From NCBI GenBank assembly GCA_965112155.1, contig OZ218099.1: a stretch of 64,000 nucleotides of DNA; one strand, 5' to 3'. This DNA comes from Podarcis liolepis. Lineage: Eukaryota. The notes below the pieces were generated by a model that did no database searches, was not told where the DNA came from, and saw only the letters and a program-made list of their open reading frames with translations. Numbering within the stretch: the first letter of the stretch is position 1; every line of letters begins with the position of its first letter. Shown one piece after another: positions 13,528-26,352 of this stretch. A program made the position numbers and the translations under genes.

Positions 13528-13769
13528 CAGTGGTACCTCGGGTTAAGAACTTAATTCGTTCTGGAGGTCCGTTCTTAACCTGAAACTGTTCTTAACCTGA
13601 AGCACCACTTTAGCTAATGGGGCCTCCTGCTGCCGCTGCGCCGCGACTGCGTGATTTCTGTTCTCATCCTGAAGCAAAGTTCTTAACCCAAGGTACTATT
13701 TCTGGGTTAGCGGAGTCTGTAATCTGAAGCGTCTGTAACCTGAAGTGTCTGTAACCCAAGGTACCACTG
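13528..13769 (+). mobile_element. Non-autonomous Tc1/mariner MITE, family A (second copy)
   Basis: TIRs CAGTGGTACCTCGGGTT / AACCCAAGGTACCACTG; left TA, right CA (mutated); colinear with 9934-10158. Confidence 0.9.
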
Positions 13770-14847
13770 CATGTTGTTATGGTTACTGCACTGGAGATCC
13801 TATATTTGAAAAGGAAATCCCATTAATTTTCCTGCTTTTGTCTCTCACTCTCCTGTTAGTCTTACGAGAGCTCAGGAAGTTCGACTTTCATGTTTCCCTG
13901 TCACAATGTTTCAGTTGCAATACTTCATGTCAGCCTTCAGTATGTCACTGTGCGCCATTTCCTTACAACCTCTCAATAAAGTTATGGCATCTGTTCACCT
14001 GAACATTTACCCTCCCACTCACGCCTACTTCCACCTGCCTACTGAAAAAAATATAAAAAGAATAATTCACAGGAATCTTTTTTTCAAAATATAAAAATAA
14101 TGTACTCAGTGAATCTGGCTGTGACAAACACAAGCTTAATCAGTAGTTTTTGCAAATAATTACCCTTTTAATGGATTCAAGAAAAATAATAATACACAAA
14201 TGGGAAAATGTCCTCAAGAGGCAAAAGAATGATAACTTTAAGCCCTTTAAAAGTTGGAGACATGGTTTTTAAAAATTCACCATTTTAAAACAATAGGTGG
14301 AATTCCTTTGCAGGATTAATTTGCCATCCCATTTGTTTTACTAGTCCCTTAAGATCAGTTTATCTGCCAATGTTATGCTTCATTCTTAAATGCTGATAGC
14401 CTTCCTGAAATAGTGTTTCTGGGAATGGAGTTTCAAGATAGCCTTTTTGATTCTCCATGCTGAGTGAGATAAATGTAAAATTTTTACAATTGTCAATTAC
14501 ATCCTAGGTTAGTTGACTTGGCTTTCTTCACTCGTATATGTGGCTTAGACGTGGTACGGGGAATAGAAATGGTGCAACCATGATTTTTACAACTGTAAAA
14601 ACTGTATTTTCCTTAAATGAATATATTTTACTATTCAAAAATATAAATACATTTCAGTAAAAATATAAAGGACATGGGAAATTTAATTTCCTTTTATACT
14701 TTTTTTTTTTGAGATTTTAAAAGGCTGGGCAAATAAATAAAAACTACTTAACTTGGCCCCAACAAGAATGCTATGTTAGTGCCAGTCTTACTTCCTTTTG
14801 GAGGGTATTCCAAAGCCAGGATTCCCCTGCTAAGAAAGTCCCCTCCA

Positions 14848-15190
14848 AACCACTGAGCCTCGCGCTTGTCAATTGGAAGGTCGGCGGTTTGAATCCCCGC
14901 GACAGGGTGAGCTCCTATTGTTCGGTCCCAGCTCCTGCCATCCTAACCAGTTCGAAAGCACGTCAAAGTACAAGTAGATAAATAGGTACTGCTCTGGCGG
15001 GAAGGTAAACGGCGTTTCCGTGCACTGCTCTGGTTCACCAGAAGCGGCTTAGTCATGCTGGCCACATGACCCAGAAGCTGTCTGCGGACAAACACTGGCT
15101 CCCTCGGCCAGTAAAGTGAGATGAGCGCCGCAACCCCAGAGTCGTTGGCGACTAGACCTAATGGTCAGGGGTCCCTTTACCTCTACCTTA
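14848..15190 (+). mobile_element. Sauria SINE, lacking about 20 nt of the 5' head
   Basis: Diagnostic core AAGTAGATAAATAGGTAC, GGGAAGGTAAACGGCG, GTCATGCTGGCCACATGACC and (TTTACC)-type tail; aligns with 32838-33194. Confidence 0.93.
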
Positions 15191-15300
15191 CATGGGTAAG
15201 TACACAAAGCACCTCTCTTATATACAGAACCCAGATAAGGTTCTCATTCGAGACCTTAATGTACAGGCAGCTTGATATATGCAAAAAGGTGCTTCAATAC

Positions 15301-15730
15301 TGTAATGGTTCTAGGGGTTGCTCGTGCGTAAATCGTCGCCACACCTGGCTGGGTTGCCTGGGTGAACCCTTTCTGTCTGGACAGCCACTCGCCCGTGGCT
15401 GTCTCAGTCGCTGGCAGAATCCGTCAGTGGGCGTTTCTTGAACTTCTTCCAGCAAAGAAGCTCTTTGACGCCTAGTCTCCGCCTAGTCTCCCTGCGCAGA
15501 AGCCTTCTGCACAGGGAGGGTGTGGGCAGCGGAGGACCCGTGCTCTCCCCGCTGGTCCCCGGCGAGGAGTCGTGGAGCCTCCTCGCTGATTCCCCCATCT
15601 GCCCCCCTTCTCCACTGGTGCTACGCTGATTTCCTTCCCCAGAAGATGTGCTGCTTCTCTCCCTCCCCGCTCTCCGGAACCCCTCTGGAGCCCTCCTTCT
15701 CCCTCAGGCTCCGATGGCAGTTCCCTGACA
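15301..15730 (-). mobile_element. Solo LTR (probably Gypsy-type), young
   Basis: TGTAA...TGACA termini, perfect 5-bp TSD AATAC (15296-15300 and 15731-15735), GC/CpG-rich 430 bp in an AT-rich background. Strand inferred by analogy with the LTR at 57168. Confidence 0.88.
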
Positions 15731-18700
15731 AATACATATTTGGGTCCTTAGCAATTGAGTTTACCTTTAAAGGTAAACACAAGCATTTTTAATTGAGTTT
15801 GGAAACAAATAAAAACAGTGTAATTCCTTCAGAATAGATGTAATATGATTCTATCTAGACTAACCAGTCAGAATTCTGTGCTAATTGCATCTTCCGAACC
15901 AGCAGCCACATGTGCAATGCATTGCATTTATCCAACTGGAAGGTTGAATTACCATAGCCAGGTTATTTTTGTCCAGGAAAGGCTATAGCAGACAAGCCAG
16001 CCAAAATTGGCAAAAGGTGATCTAAGGCTACTTGGATCTATAATTACAGTGTTGGAGTTGTATGCTTATTCCTTTGGTGGGAATGCAAACCCACCAGTAC
16101 TATTTGCACACCCAGTTCCTAGTCCTGGGAAGCACCTACTCTGCCTTGTCAGGGTTCAGCTCCAGTTTATTGATCCTCATGTAGTTCATCACCAAGTCCT
16201 GATAGTGGTTCAGCATTTCTACAGCCTCACCTGATCAAGGTGACAAGGAGAAATAGTTGCCCTGTGACACCTAACTCCAAATTCCCAGGTTATTTCAACA
16301 AGCCATTTTATATAGATTTTTTTTTAAAAAATGGGTGATTAGATGGAAACTTATGGGACTCTATAAATCAAATGCCATGAACTGAGCAAAAACCAAAACC
16401 AATCTTACCTTCCGAAACTGACCTTGCGCATATGTACAGAACCAACTGATTTTGAAAATTATTGTCTTGTGTCCTTATTTCACACTTGACCCTTCTGAAT
16501 GGATATTGCAGTGCAAAAGTGATATTAGTGGCTGCATTCACCCATAACACTAGTGTCATGAGGATGAATCTATACAAGTCCCCCTTTCCTGTCTGATGTA
16601 GAATTGTTTTTGTTTACACATGTAAACTTCTTAAAACAAAATGTAGTGGAGGGAAATGCTTAATTACTGTGGTGCTTGCAAATCTTAACCAGGCAATTCA
16701 TTTGATAGTTTAACCTTTCCAGTGTAAATTATTGTTTGAGATACACCATTTAGTCTTCTGTAAAAGTGTTTTTTTTTCCTACTTGCCTGAGTGACAAAAA
16801 CATGTCACATATTTTATTTTATCCTGGGGTTACAACACAGTGTCTGTATAAACAGATGTATTTTATATCAACATCATAAATAATAGAATTCAGATACTAA
16901 TTAAAATATTATAGCAGGAGAATCTAATATTTCATTTACACTACCCTGCTTAATGTGTAAGTATAACAATAGTGTGAATGGGATTTCAATTCAAGGAATC
17001 TACTTGAGGTCATAAAAATCTTACAGGGAATGGGGAGTAGAGTGGCTGAGCTCTGCTGAATTAGATCCTATTACCCTGCACTAATTAAAACAAAAGTTTC
17101 TAGCATGAAAGAGGTCTAAGTGACAGTATTTTAATAAGCAATGGTTGGTTTGTGTTACATAATAGTTACAGCATACAATCTTTCTGTGCTAACCTTATCG
17201 TACTTACTAAATGCTTGTACAAGTAGTACACACTTGTAACAGAGCCACATATTATCTTAATAAGAAGTATAAAGCTAGGATTAAATTTCATTCATCTCTT
17301 TAGCTAATGCATTTCTAAAATCAAGTTAAATAAGCAGTTGGCTGAGCACACAGGTCACGTTAATAAGTTCTGAGTCCAAGATTTAAGGCGGAGAATCTCT
17401 TGATTCCTTTATGGCCATTTGAAGATTATATAAAGAGCTGTATAACCATAATTTGCTTTTCTCTTTAAACAAGGAATGTTTATGAGTAAATATAGTCTCA
17501 ACTCCTATAGAAATTATAATATTTAGCATTAGTATTAACCCAAATTACTTTCCAAATAGCAGATAATAAAATATAAGTCTTTTTAAATATGTAGTGTATC
17601 TCATATTTCTATGTTGCAATCTTTTATTGCAAGCCACACCCAACACAGCATAGAAAGCAAAAAAAATCCTAAAATAAAAATGTCATGATTAAAATCATCA
17701 ACAGAAATGTAAGTATGCATATGTGGCTTTCAAAGTGAAATTATAGAAATAATAATAATTTGCTAGTCCATATAGTTCTTTTTCCTCCTTAATATTCAAT
17801 ATTCCCTTATGGATCAATTCTTCCAGGCCCAGAGTACCTTCTGCAGGGTGCTAAACTGAACTGATAGTGCACAGTAGAGGTTACAGTTTGACACTGTAAA
17901 TGCTTCTGCATGCCACTTTTCATTAATGTTCCAAATGTGGATATGTTTGCCAGTGCAAGATTGTAAGATATGTTTAGTGGATAACGGCTGTTCTCTGTAA
18001 GGTATTACTCCTTTCAGCTGCTTATGATTTGATTACAGTCAAAAAGGCTTTCACAGTAGCCTTAATTATAAATGGAGCATAGTAATCTGAAACCTGACAT
18101 CACACAAACTGTAATCTTCCTCTGTCAGCATCAATTTAAAGGCATTCTCCTTCCTTCCTACCGTTCTCATCTCTACCCCCCCCCCCCATTTATTTTAAAT
18201 GCTGATTTGATCTTTCTGCTTATCCTTTTTTTTCTTTACGGGGTGTGTCCTACAATAATCCTTGTTTTCATTAGAAGATAGGGCAACACACACAAAAGTA
18301 CTATTATCCTTAGGTGGGCACTATTCTCCCAGAATTTTCCACCATTCATTAAGCGTGTGAACTGTTCTGTCAATATTTATAATGTTAGCACAAGCCCATG
18401 ATTGAGTTACAAACTTGTATTCAATTAGGGGGCATGTAATTTTGTAAATATTAATAGCATAAAATAACAAAGATTTTCCATCTGTGGTACCAGTCCTGCT
18501 CCATGTCTACCCAAATAATTTTTCCCCAGGATGATATTACAACAAAGCTAAAAGGAAGAGAAGAAATCAATGACAGGCTCTCTTTTCTATTTATGTCACC
18601 CTTTCACATTCAGCATTGTGGTTAGAGCAGCTTTAAGAATGAGTTGAGTATTTAATGGAATAGCAACAATAGTTGATGTCAATTGGAAATGAAAAGGACT

Positions 18701-19669
18701 AGCATAGAATTTAATCTATATTATCCCAGAAATTGGTCAGAGCATGCCCCAACCTCATTTTAGCCTTGAAGGATAGACCTGTAATAGTGTGATATATAGT
18801 TCTCCAGACATAATAGATAGAGGGTAGTCTTTCTCTGTGTTGTGGAGGATTGCTGAGAGATTGCAAAGAAGAACAAAATAAAACATCTTATAAAATAGAG
18901 AGAGTTCTGGAAATGATGGAACATTGCTGGAGGAGGGGGGAAGTAGTGCTCCAGGTATTCACAGTATTTTTAAAATCCCTACAGAAGTGCTGTCATGCTT
19001 GTATAATATGACTAGTGATGTAGTAGAGTTGTCCTCAAGTTTCCTGTTTGAACAAACACTGTTGATTACTAAAATAACACTAAATTGTTTTAATATAAAA
19101 TGCAATTAAGATCTAGGGCCTCTAAGAACAGTCAACCATCTTATCAATATCTCTGGGAGACAGATGGCCCTCCTACAATTATTAACTCTTCACTCTCCCA
19201 GTAGAGTTGCATGCACTTTATCAAGGAAGTACTTGGTGTTTGTTGCCACACATTTTACTGGCACCATCCAATAGGTACCCAGCTGCTTGTGTAACCACAT
19301 TTTACAGAGCTTTCTCTACCACAATGGTATAGCTGGTGGTGGTAGTATAATTTCCCAGTGTCAATGTATTGCACTTTGAACACTGAGGAATCTCACCATT
19401 TTCATAAAAATATACCCTTGGCAGAAGACATCTGGATTCCCCACAGTGACTGAGTAACTGCTGCATTTTAAACCCTCAAAAGGAACACCATTTTGGTTGT
19501 ACTATGGCCCATCAACCCCCGTCTGGGCAGCCAGACAAAAGTACCTCCCCTTGGATCCCTTTAACGGATACCCTGATTCCTTGGACCGTGGTGGGGTGCT
19601 CCCAACTCTCTGTCCATCTAGACTCAGGATCCAACCTAATGCCTTATCCATCACTTGAGTCGACCCAAA

Positions 19670-20205
19670 ACTACTCACATCTGCAACCCCAATCCCTAAT
19701 GCCACTGCACACATCAAGCAACCAAACCTCATTGCCAGCTGACAAAAACACACCAAATTGGGTCTGTATAGAGCCTCATTGTCAAATCTGATGCCAGGGT
19801 GCCAAATGATCTGGTCTTGAGTGCCAACATGTGCTGCATCACCCTGTTCATTGACTCATATTACAGCAGTTCTGACCACAGAATTGTCATTACTGGGTGC
19901 ATTGTGTACAATGCCTCGAGGTCCAGTACTGCTGCGAATGTGAGGTTGATGTCTTTCTAGTTTACCAGATTATTTTCACCTAGCTGAATGATTGGGGCAT
20001 CTGGCAGGCTCACTACTGAATTGCATGAGGTCAGACAAGGCTTCAGGCCTTCCCATGTCATACCCCTTTGACAAAGCCATGTAATATGTAATATGGCCTC
20101 AGCCCATGTGTTCAGGCTTAGGTGTTGGCTCCATGGTGTTTGTGCAGCTTGCATCCATATCCAATATACAATGTTGTGACAGATCCACACAATCCACAGA
20201 TCCAC
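19670..20205 (-). pseudogene. Decayed SGNH/GDSL-hydrolase ORF of a DIRS/Ngaro-type tyrosine-recombinase retrotransposon
   Basis: Hand translation with stops and frameshifts: VWIC-HNIVYW..ITWLCQRGMTWEGL..PDAPIIQLGENNLV..P.MTILWSELL*..WHPGIRFDNEALYRP/.GVFLSAGNEVWLLD. Order matches SGNH blocks (W.xGHS, G.RGM.W, IxLGxND, DGVHLS). Confidence 0.75.
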
Positions 20206-23200
20206 ACAATCAACAGCAAGCTTTTTTAGCTCCAGCCATGCTGTTTCTCACCTTCTCCATTCTATCAGGAATGGGTGTTTGGGTCATGGAATAACCAAAA
20301 GAAATAAGTTATAGGGGTATAATTGTATAACAAACGTCTCTTTAACCCTGGATCTAGAAAACAGTGGAATTTTAAATGAAGCAAGTAACAAACATTTGTC
20401 CCTAGGGTGTAGGTTGTAGGAACATTGAGCAGGGGGAGTGGGGAACAGAAAATTGAGCATAAGGGGAGAGAGAGGGTTTCTACCTGAAGAACTGTAACAC
20501 AAATAACATGATGACTTAGTTCACATGATCAAATCCTTGTTTAATATGTCAGAGTACACACAAACTCTTAGTGCCATATTTAGGGCAGTATGGGTGGATC
20601 CCTCACACAGGGTGCCAAGTCGAGGAGGTGCAAAATTGAGAAGACATAATTTAGTTGATCCATTTCGGAGTGCCAAATTTTGGGCTCCCACAGAGCATCA
20701 TATGCAGATACTACATTTGACAAGCTAGGGAAAACAAGCTAGGAAGCTGCAGTCAACCATTTTGTGCAAACCAGGAACTGTGGATAATGGCCTGCAAACA
20801 CCCAGGAAGTGAAAGCCAACTTAAAATCATGGTTTCATATCTTAGCTTGTTTAGAAACCATTAACCATAGTTTCCTGATTCACACCTAACAGGAAGCTAT
20901 ACGTAACTGCAGAATCGTGGTTTGCTTCTCCACTCACGTGACGTGAGTAGCAAAGTAAGAGCTCATGCATATCCTGATTTATTAAGCCAAATTTGATCAT
21001 GTCAATGTGTTCATTGTAACACTGGAGGAAAATTATATATTACGTGTGGACCGTGTCTCAGAACATTAACAATGACAACCATGACAGAGCAGGCAGCCAA
21101 AGCCTATTTAAACTAGAGGGAGATTATTTATATGCCTTGCTGCTCACCTCCTACTGCTTAACTTCCTGCTTGGCCTAAAATGCCAAGAGATAGCTTTGGC
21201 TTTAACAGAAGCATCATGGGAATTGTAGTCATCACCACAGGGAACTCTGCTGATTATCAGTGTCCACAGCTGCCCTCTATAGGCCTACAACCTCCTGTTT
21301 TGTGCACTGGGAACAGTGTCTAAGGCAAAGGGAGGGTGGGGAGAAAAGAACAGCATTCCTTATTAACTTGAAGAGGAACACAACATATGGCTAAATAAGA
21401 AACAGGTATTTCAGCTGACAAACCTAAGCCTAAACATTATGTTGGACTGAGGAAAATACCCCGAGTCTGATTACAGGCCTACTCCTTCACCTGCATTCAC
21501 CTCAAGACTTCACAGCAGCTCCATATGACATTCAACTCAGGGGATTTCTGCCAGTTCTGCCAGTGCTTACCTTGAGGACTAGTGAGAGAGGGGATTGAAG
21601 AAGCTTAAGCTTTATTTCTTACCTCCAGCCTGAAGAAACAGGTACTTTTATATTTTTATATATATAAATGGGACATCAGTTATTTGAATGATCTGATTGG
21701 TGGTGTTGGGTTAGAGCTGTGCTACCCTGTTTTGTAGTGATTAGTCAGCATGCATGAACATGCTGCACAATCACAATAAACCACAATAAGTGTTTGAAAG
21801 ACTCTTTATAAATGAGATATGCAAACTCTCTCAGATTAAACCATTCTTTAGACTAATGCATAGTATCACAATAATAACTGGATCCAAATAATTTGGGTCC
21901 CAAATAATTTAGACCCAAATATATGCAGGATATCAGAGACAACCCTTGTCCAAATTCCATGTTTAGGAGAAGTATATCACAGGTATCTACAAAAAATGGA
22001 GGCCTTATCTATGATGGTGCCACAACTGTGAAATACCCTCCTGATTGTGGTACTCCTGGAACTTAAACTACTGTATTATATCTCGCACCAGATTAAAACC
22101 TGTTTATTGGCTCATGTATTTTAGATGGTGGTGTTTTTAGTTAGTTGAATGCTTTTATTTCTCTTAATTTTATTGTATCGCTGCTTGCGTTTTATATTTG
22201 TGTCCCACCCTGAAAAGTATTTTTGGGTATAGGTCAATTTATAATAATTTAAAATAAGTATATAGAACTGAGATGCTTTAAATTCTGTGCTCACAATGCA
22301 CTTATGTGCTGTATTTTTAAATTGGTAGAACTGCTTGAAAGGAAATTTGTTAACGTGAAGTAATAAAAAGGCTACTTTTCATTTCCATAGCTTCAAAATA
22401 TTAGGAAAGATACATTTTCTTGAAATAATAAGTGGGGATTTGATACGAATTTTTTAAGGAAAGATATCTGAAGGTTTATTAGCTTGACAATTTGATGCTA
22501 CTCCTGGGGACTACACGATTCCTTGACCATTCCTTGACACTCTGAAGTCCTTGTTGTGACACGAGCTACAGGGTCTTGGATAAGTGCATAAGTGTGACAC
22601 ACTTAAAATTTCCCAAATTTTATTAATTTGGGAAAGAATATATTGGTTTGATATTTTCAGCCATCAAATGGCAGTCAGGACCACTATAATATGATAGGAA
22701 AATAAATGATAGCTTTCTTAAGATTTACTTGGTAAAAGACATGCCCCATTGTTCTGAAGCATCCTATAGCAGCTCAGCCCTTTATACTGTGCTTTCCCCC
22801 CTGCAGCCAGACATTTCTACTCCTTTCTTATTATGGTCTCTATGTTCTTCTGTATCTCCAGCAGAACATGTTCTTCAGTGAGGTGGTTGTTGTTTTTTGA
22901 TTCCCTGGTGGGCAGGGTTTAAGCACTGTAAATCTCCCAACCGTGCCTCTCTCATTAAATATCATTGCTTACAGCCTTTTATCCCATTGTAGAAATTGCC
23001 CTGTGAGAACTGGCAATAATGAGGATGGGGATAGATCAGTCAACATGTGTCCTAGATATCTTGTCAACATTTTGCACTGTCTTCATTCATGTTTCATCAT
23101 AAATTCCACAGTGACAAGCTAAAAGGTTACCATTTAAAATGGTGATTAATGTAGTTGTGTTTGAAATTAGATCCAACACACTGCAAATAATATGAACATA

Positions 23201-26139
23201 GATCTTATAAGTTGTTTCCAGCGCCTTTCTAAACTGGGGTACAAAGTGTGTTGCACATGTTCTTGGGTTAAAAGCTCAATGAGCATATGCTGGGGTTAAT
23301 TATAATTCTCCCTATTTGAGATTACTAGGGAGGTGAGAGGGAAAAGGTTAGGAAACAGAACCACAGCTGACATTTATAAGCTTATCTTAATTAATATATC
23401 TTCTGTCCGGTGCATGAAATTACTTCCTTCTTTGCATGTGTCTGCATTAAAGCTATGTGAGCAATAAGCGTATCTGTACTTTTAGACTATAGCAGCAATA
23501 CTTCCTTGTTAAATAAAATTATTTCATATACTCAAAACTGAATATAAGGCATAAAATAAACAAGACACTTTGACTGTGGTATAAGAAAGCAAAAGAGACT
23601 AGCTAAAAATGTGAATGACAGGAATGACAGAAGACTAGAAAGTGATAGAATGAGGAACCCATGTGTTTTGCTTAAAGTGTGAGACAGATCTCAGTAACAG
23701 CTGGACTTTATATTTTCAAAAAATGGAGACGCCATTGTTTCCTTATCCCATAATTCTGTGGGTGACCTGATAACTGCAGCACCTAACAGGGACTAGTTTA
23801 TTGTTTGCAATCTCCATCTTAAGAATGCATTTAAATGCAGACCTCATGACTACAATATCCAACCTAATATTTATACTTTTGTTTTTGATTCCTCATCCAT
23901 CTCTGTGTACCATTTAGCCTGATGAAGAGTTCTGGAAAACTTTTAAGACTTCCTATTTTGTGATATTTTGGGTGGATCTTAATATGCATATAGCCCAGTT
24001 GTGGATTTTAATATTGGCTCTTATGGACCAATGCAGCTGTATTTCCTTTTTATGCAGTTTAAAAGTAACATCCAGCTACTGGAAATATTGGTTAGTGTCA
24101 TATTGATTCAGGTAAAATGAATTGAGCTAGAAAACTGGATGTTCTTGGAAGAATAGGTGACCAGTAGGAAAGCAGACCATAACCCTTCTGATTCAGCCAT
24201 AGTGATAGAATTTTAGAGGAAGACAGTGTTCCTTTGACAAAATTACAATACAAGTCCTGCATGTATTCAAAACATATACCCAGCTAGATTAATATATGTA
24301 TTAACATCAGCAATTAATTATTCGAAGGCATTACATTGCCTGCAACATTTGATACAACTGACAGAATTTAGCATACTGAATTAGCATATTGCAGTGTACT
24401 GCTATGGATGACCTATTTCTCTGTATCCTTTGAGAATTAAGATAGAGGAAGCTCTTGCAAGAGAATCCTTGACCTCAGCAGTTAGGCAGCAAGTCGATGG
24501 GTAGATGAAATACTGTAATCTCTATCAGGGCAGTGCAAGAGAACAGGGACGTTTGTCAGCATGAAGCAACCTTTAATTTTCTGTTTATATGACATTGACT
24601 CAGACTTGGCTCATGTTCTCCTGTATAAAACTTCATAATTGTGAAGTGCACACAAAACCACATACATACAAATTACCAAGTTTCCACATATTTTCTCACC
24701 AGAGTTGCCTTGGCAAACGTCCCTTCTGCAAATATCCGTCCCTCCAGTGATAATCTTAAGCTGAGTGCAACAGGGATGAGCCTCCATTTTTCCTCCTGAG
24801 CTATGGACTAAGATGGAGGGCATGGGGTTGTTCCTATCATGCTGGTGTCGAATGTCTGATGTCAAAGACAACACAAGGGAGGGATAAGCCCAGCCATAAT
24901 TTCTGACCACTGCAAAATGAAAATATACATTCAAGTTCCTCTAATCTAGCAAGGCTGAGCCATTTAAAGGGCACATCTACTGCATACTGATCATATCAGC
25001 TAACCACCTGTTGTGAGGGGATTTTTTTACAGTATAGCAGTGAGCACAATTGTTATTTATGATGATCTCTTGATTGGTTCCCATCTAAACAACTATAATT
25101 AGAACTGCAATTGCTGCCCAATGTGGTATATATCTAGTGCCAAAAAAGTGACATCTGTGTATTGGAACCCACAATGTGCAAACACCAATCAAGCTGGATT
25201 TTCAAATTCACATTGTTTCTTCTTTTCATGATAATAGAGCACTGTGATAGCAGTTCTGGACACACACACGGTATACAGGAAAGTGAATGCTTTGGAAAAA
25301 CTTGGGGATATTTTGGGGGTTGCTATTTAATATTTTCATACATGAGCTCAGCAGTTCCTGCAATAAAGTGTTTGTAACAAAGCGTTTGCAAGCTGGGTGT
25401 AATGGAGGGGGTTGGTATTGCATGGTAACAAGATGACTTTTTTCTAGTATGGTTTTTAAATGTGATATTTGGAAACCATGATTTTGGTTTTTAGGTATCT
25501 TATTTAATCCAACCATAATACAAACACTAACATTTGCTCAATCTACTTTATAAAATGTAGGATGAAGGTCTTACTTTAAGAAGGGCTTTGGTTATACAGT
25601 ATGTTAAGAGAAGGAAAGTGGGTCTCATGTTGGGTTAAAGTCTGAGGTAAGAATGTGTGTATCTCCTCATGCGATAAAATGTGAGAATGCCTTTCCTGGA
25701 TATTATACTGGAAGCATGAAAACTAGATGCACAAATCTCTGGCCGATCCACTTTCTGCTGACTTGCCATAATGTTGAAAGCTCCTGAGAGTAAAAGGGAG
25801 ATGTTTTAAACAGGAAAGGGTTTCCTTAAAGATGTAGGTAGGCAGCTGACCCTGAATAAAGTACCCTTCACTTTCAGTTCTGACTGTGAAAAAACTACTA
25901 AAGACTCTTTCTAGCTCTTTTAACGCTGGAATCATCTTTAAAATTCAAATAAATTTTGGAAATAGAATGTGTTCTAAATAAAGCAAAAGTCATGAAGCAA
26001 ACTCCTGCAGAAAATACAGAGAACAGATAAATAAAACACACATTTCTGCATATTTTCAGTTGAAAAATTATGATAACTATAAAAGTGCTTACTATAAGAA
26101 ACACAAATACTGTATGTCTGTGGAATTAAAACCTGAGAT

Positions 26140-26352
26140 GGAGTTGTAGCGTTGTAGTAGACCACATATATTGCATGTAAAACTCCCAGGTTATTTCCCT
26201 GAGTTCTTCAGGTAGGACTGGGAAATATTCCTCTTGGATACCGGTTGCCAGCCAGTTTAGAAAATATTAGACTGAAGAAACGATACAAAATATGACAAGT
26301 TTTATAGAACATGGTTCAGCTTTATTTCCTGCACATGGACTGCAGCTTCCTA
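26140..26352 (+). mobile_element. Old tRNA-derived SINE
   Basis: CCCAGGTTA..CCCTG..CAGGTAGGACTGGGAAA..GCAGCTTCCTATG, same family as 13289-13492. Confidence 0.55.
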
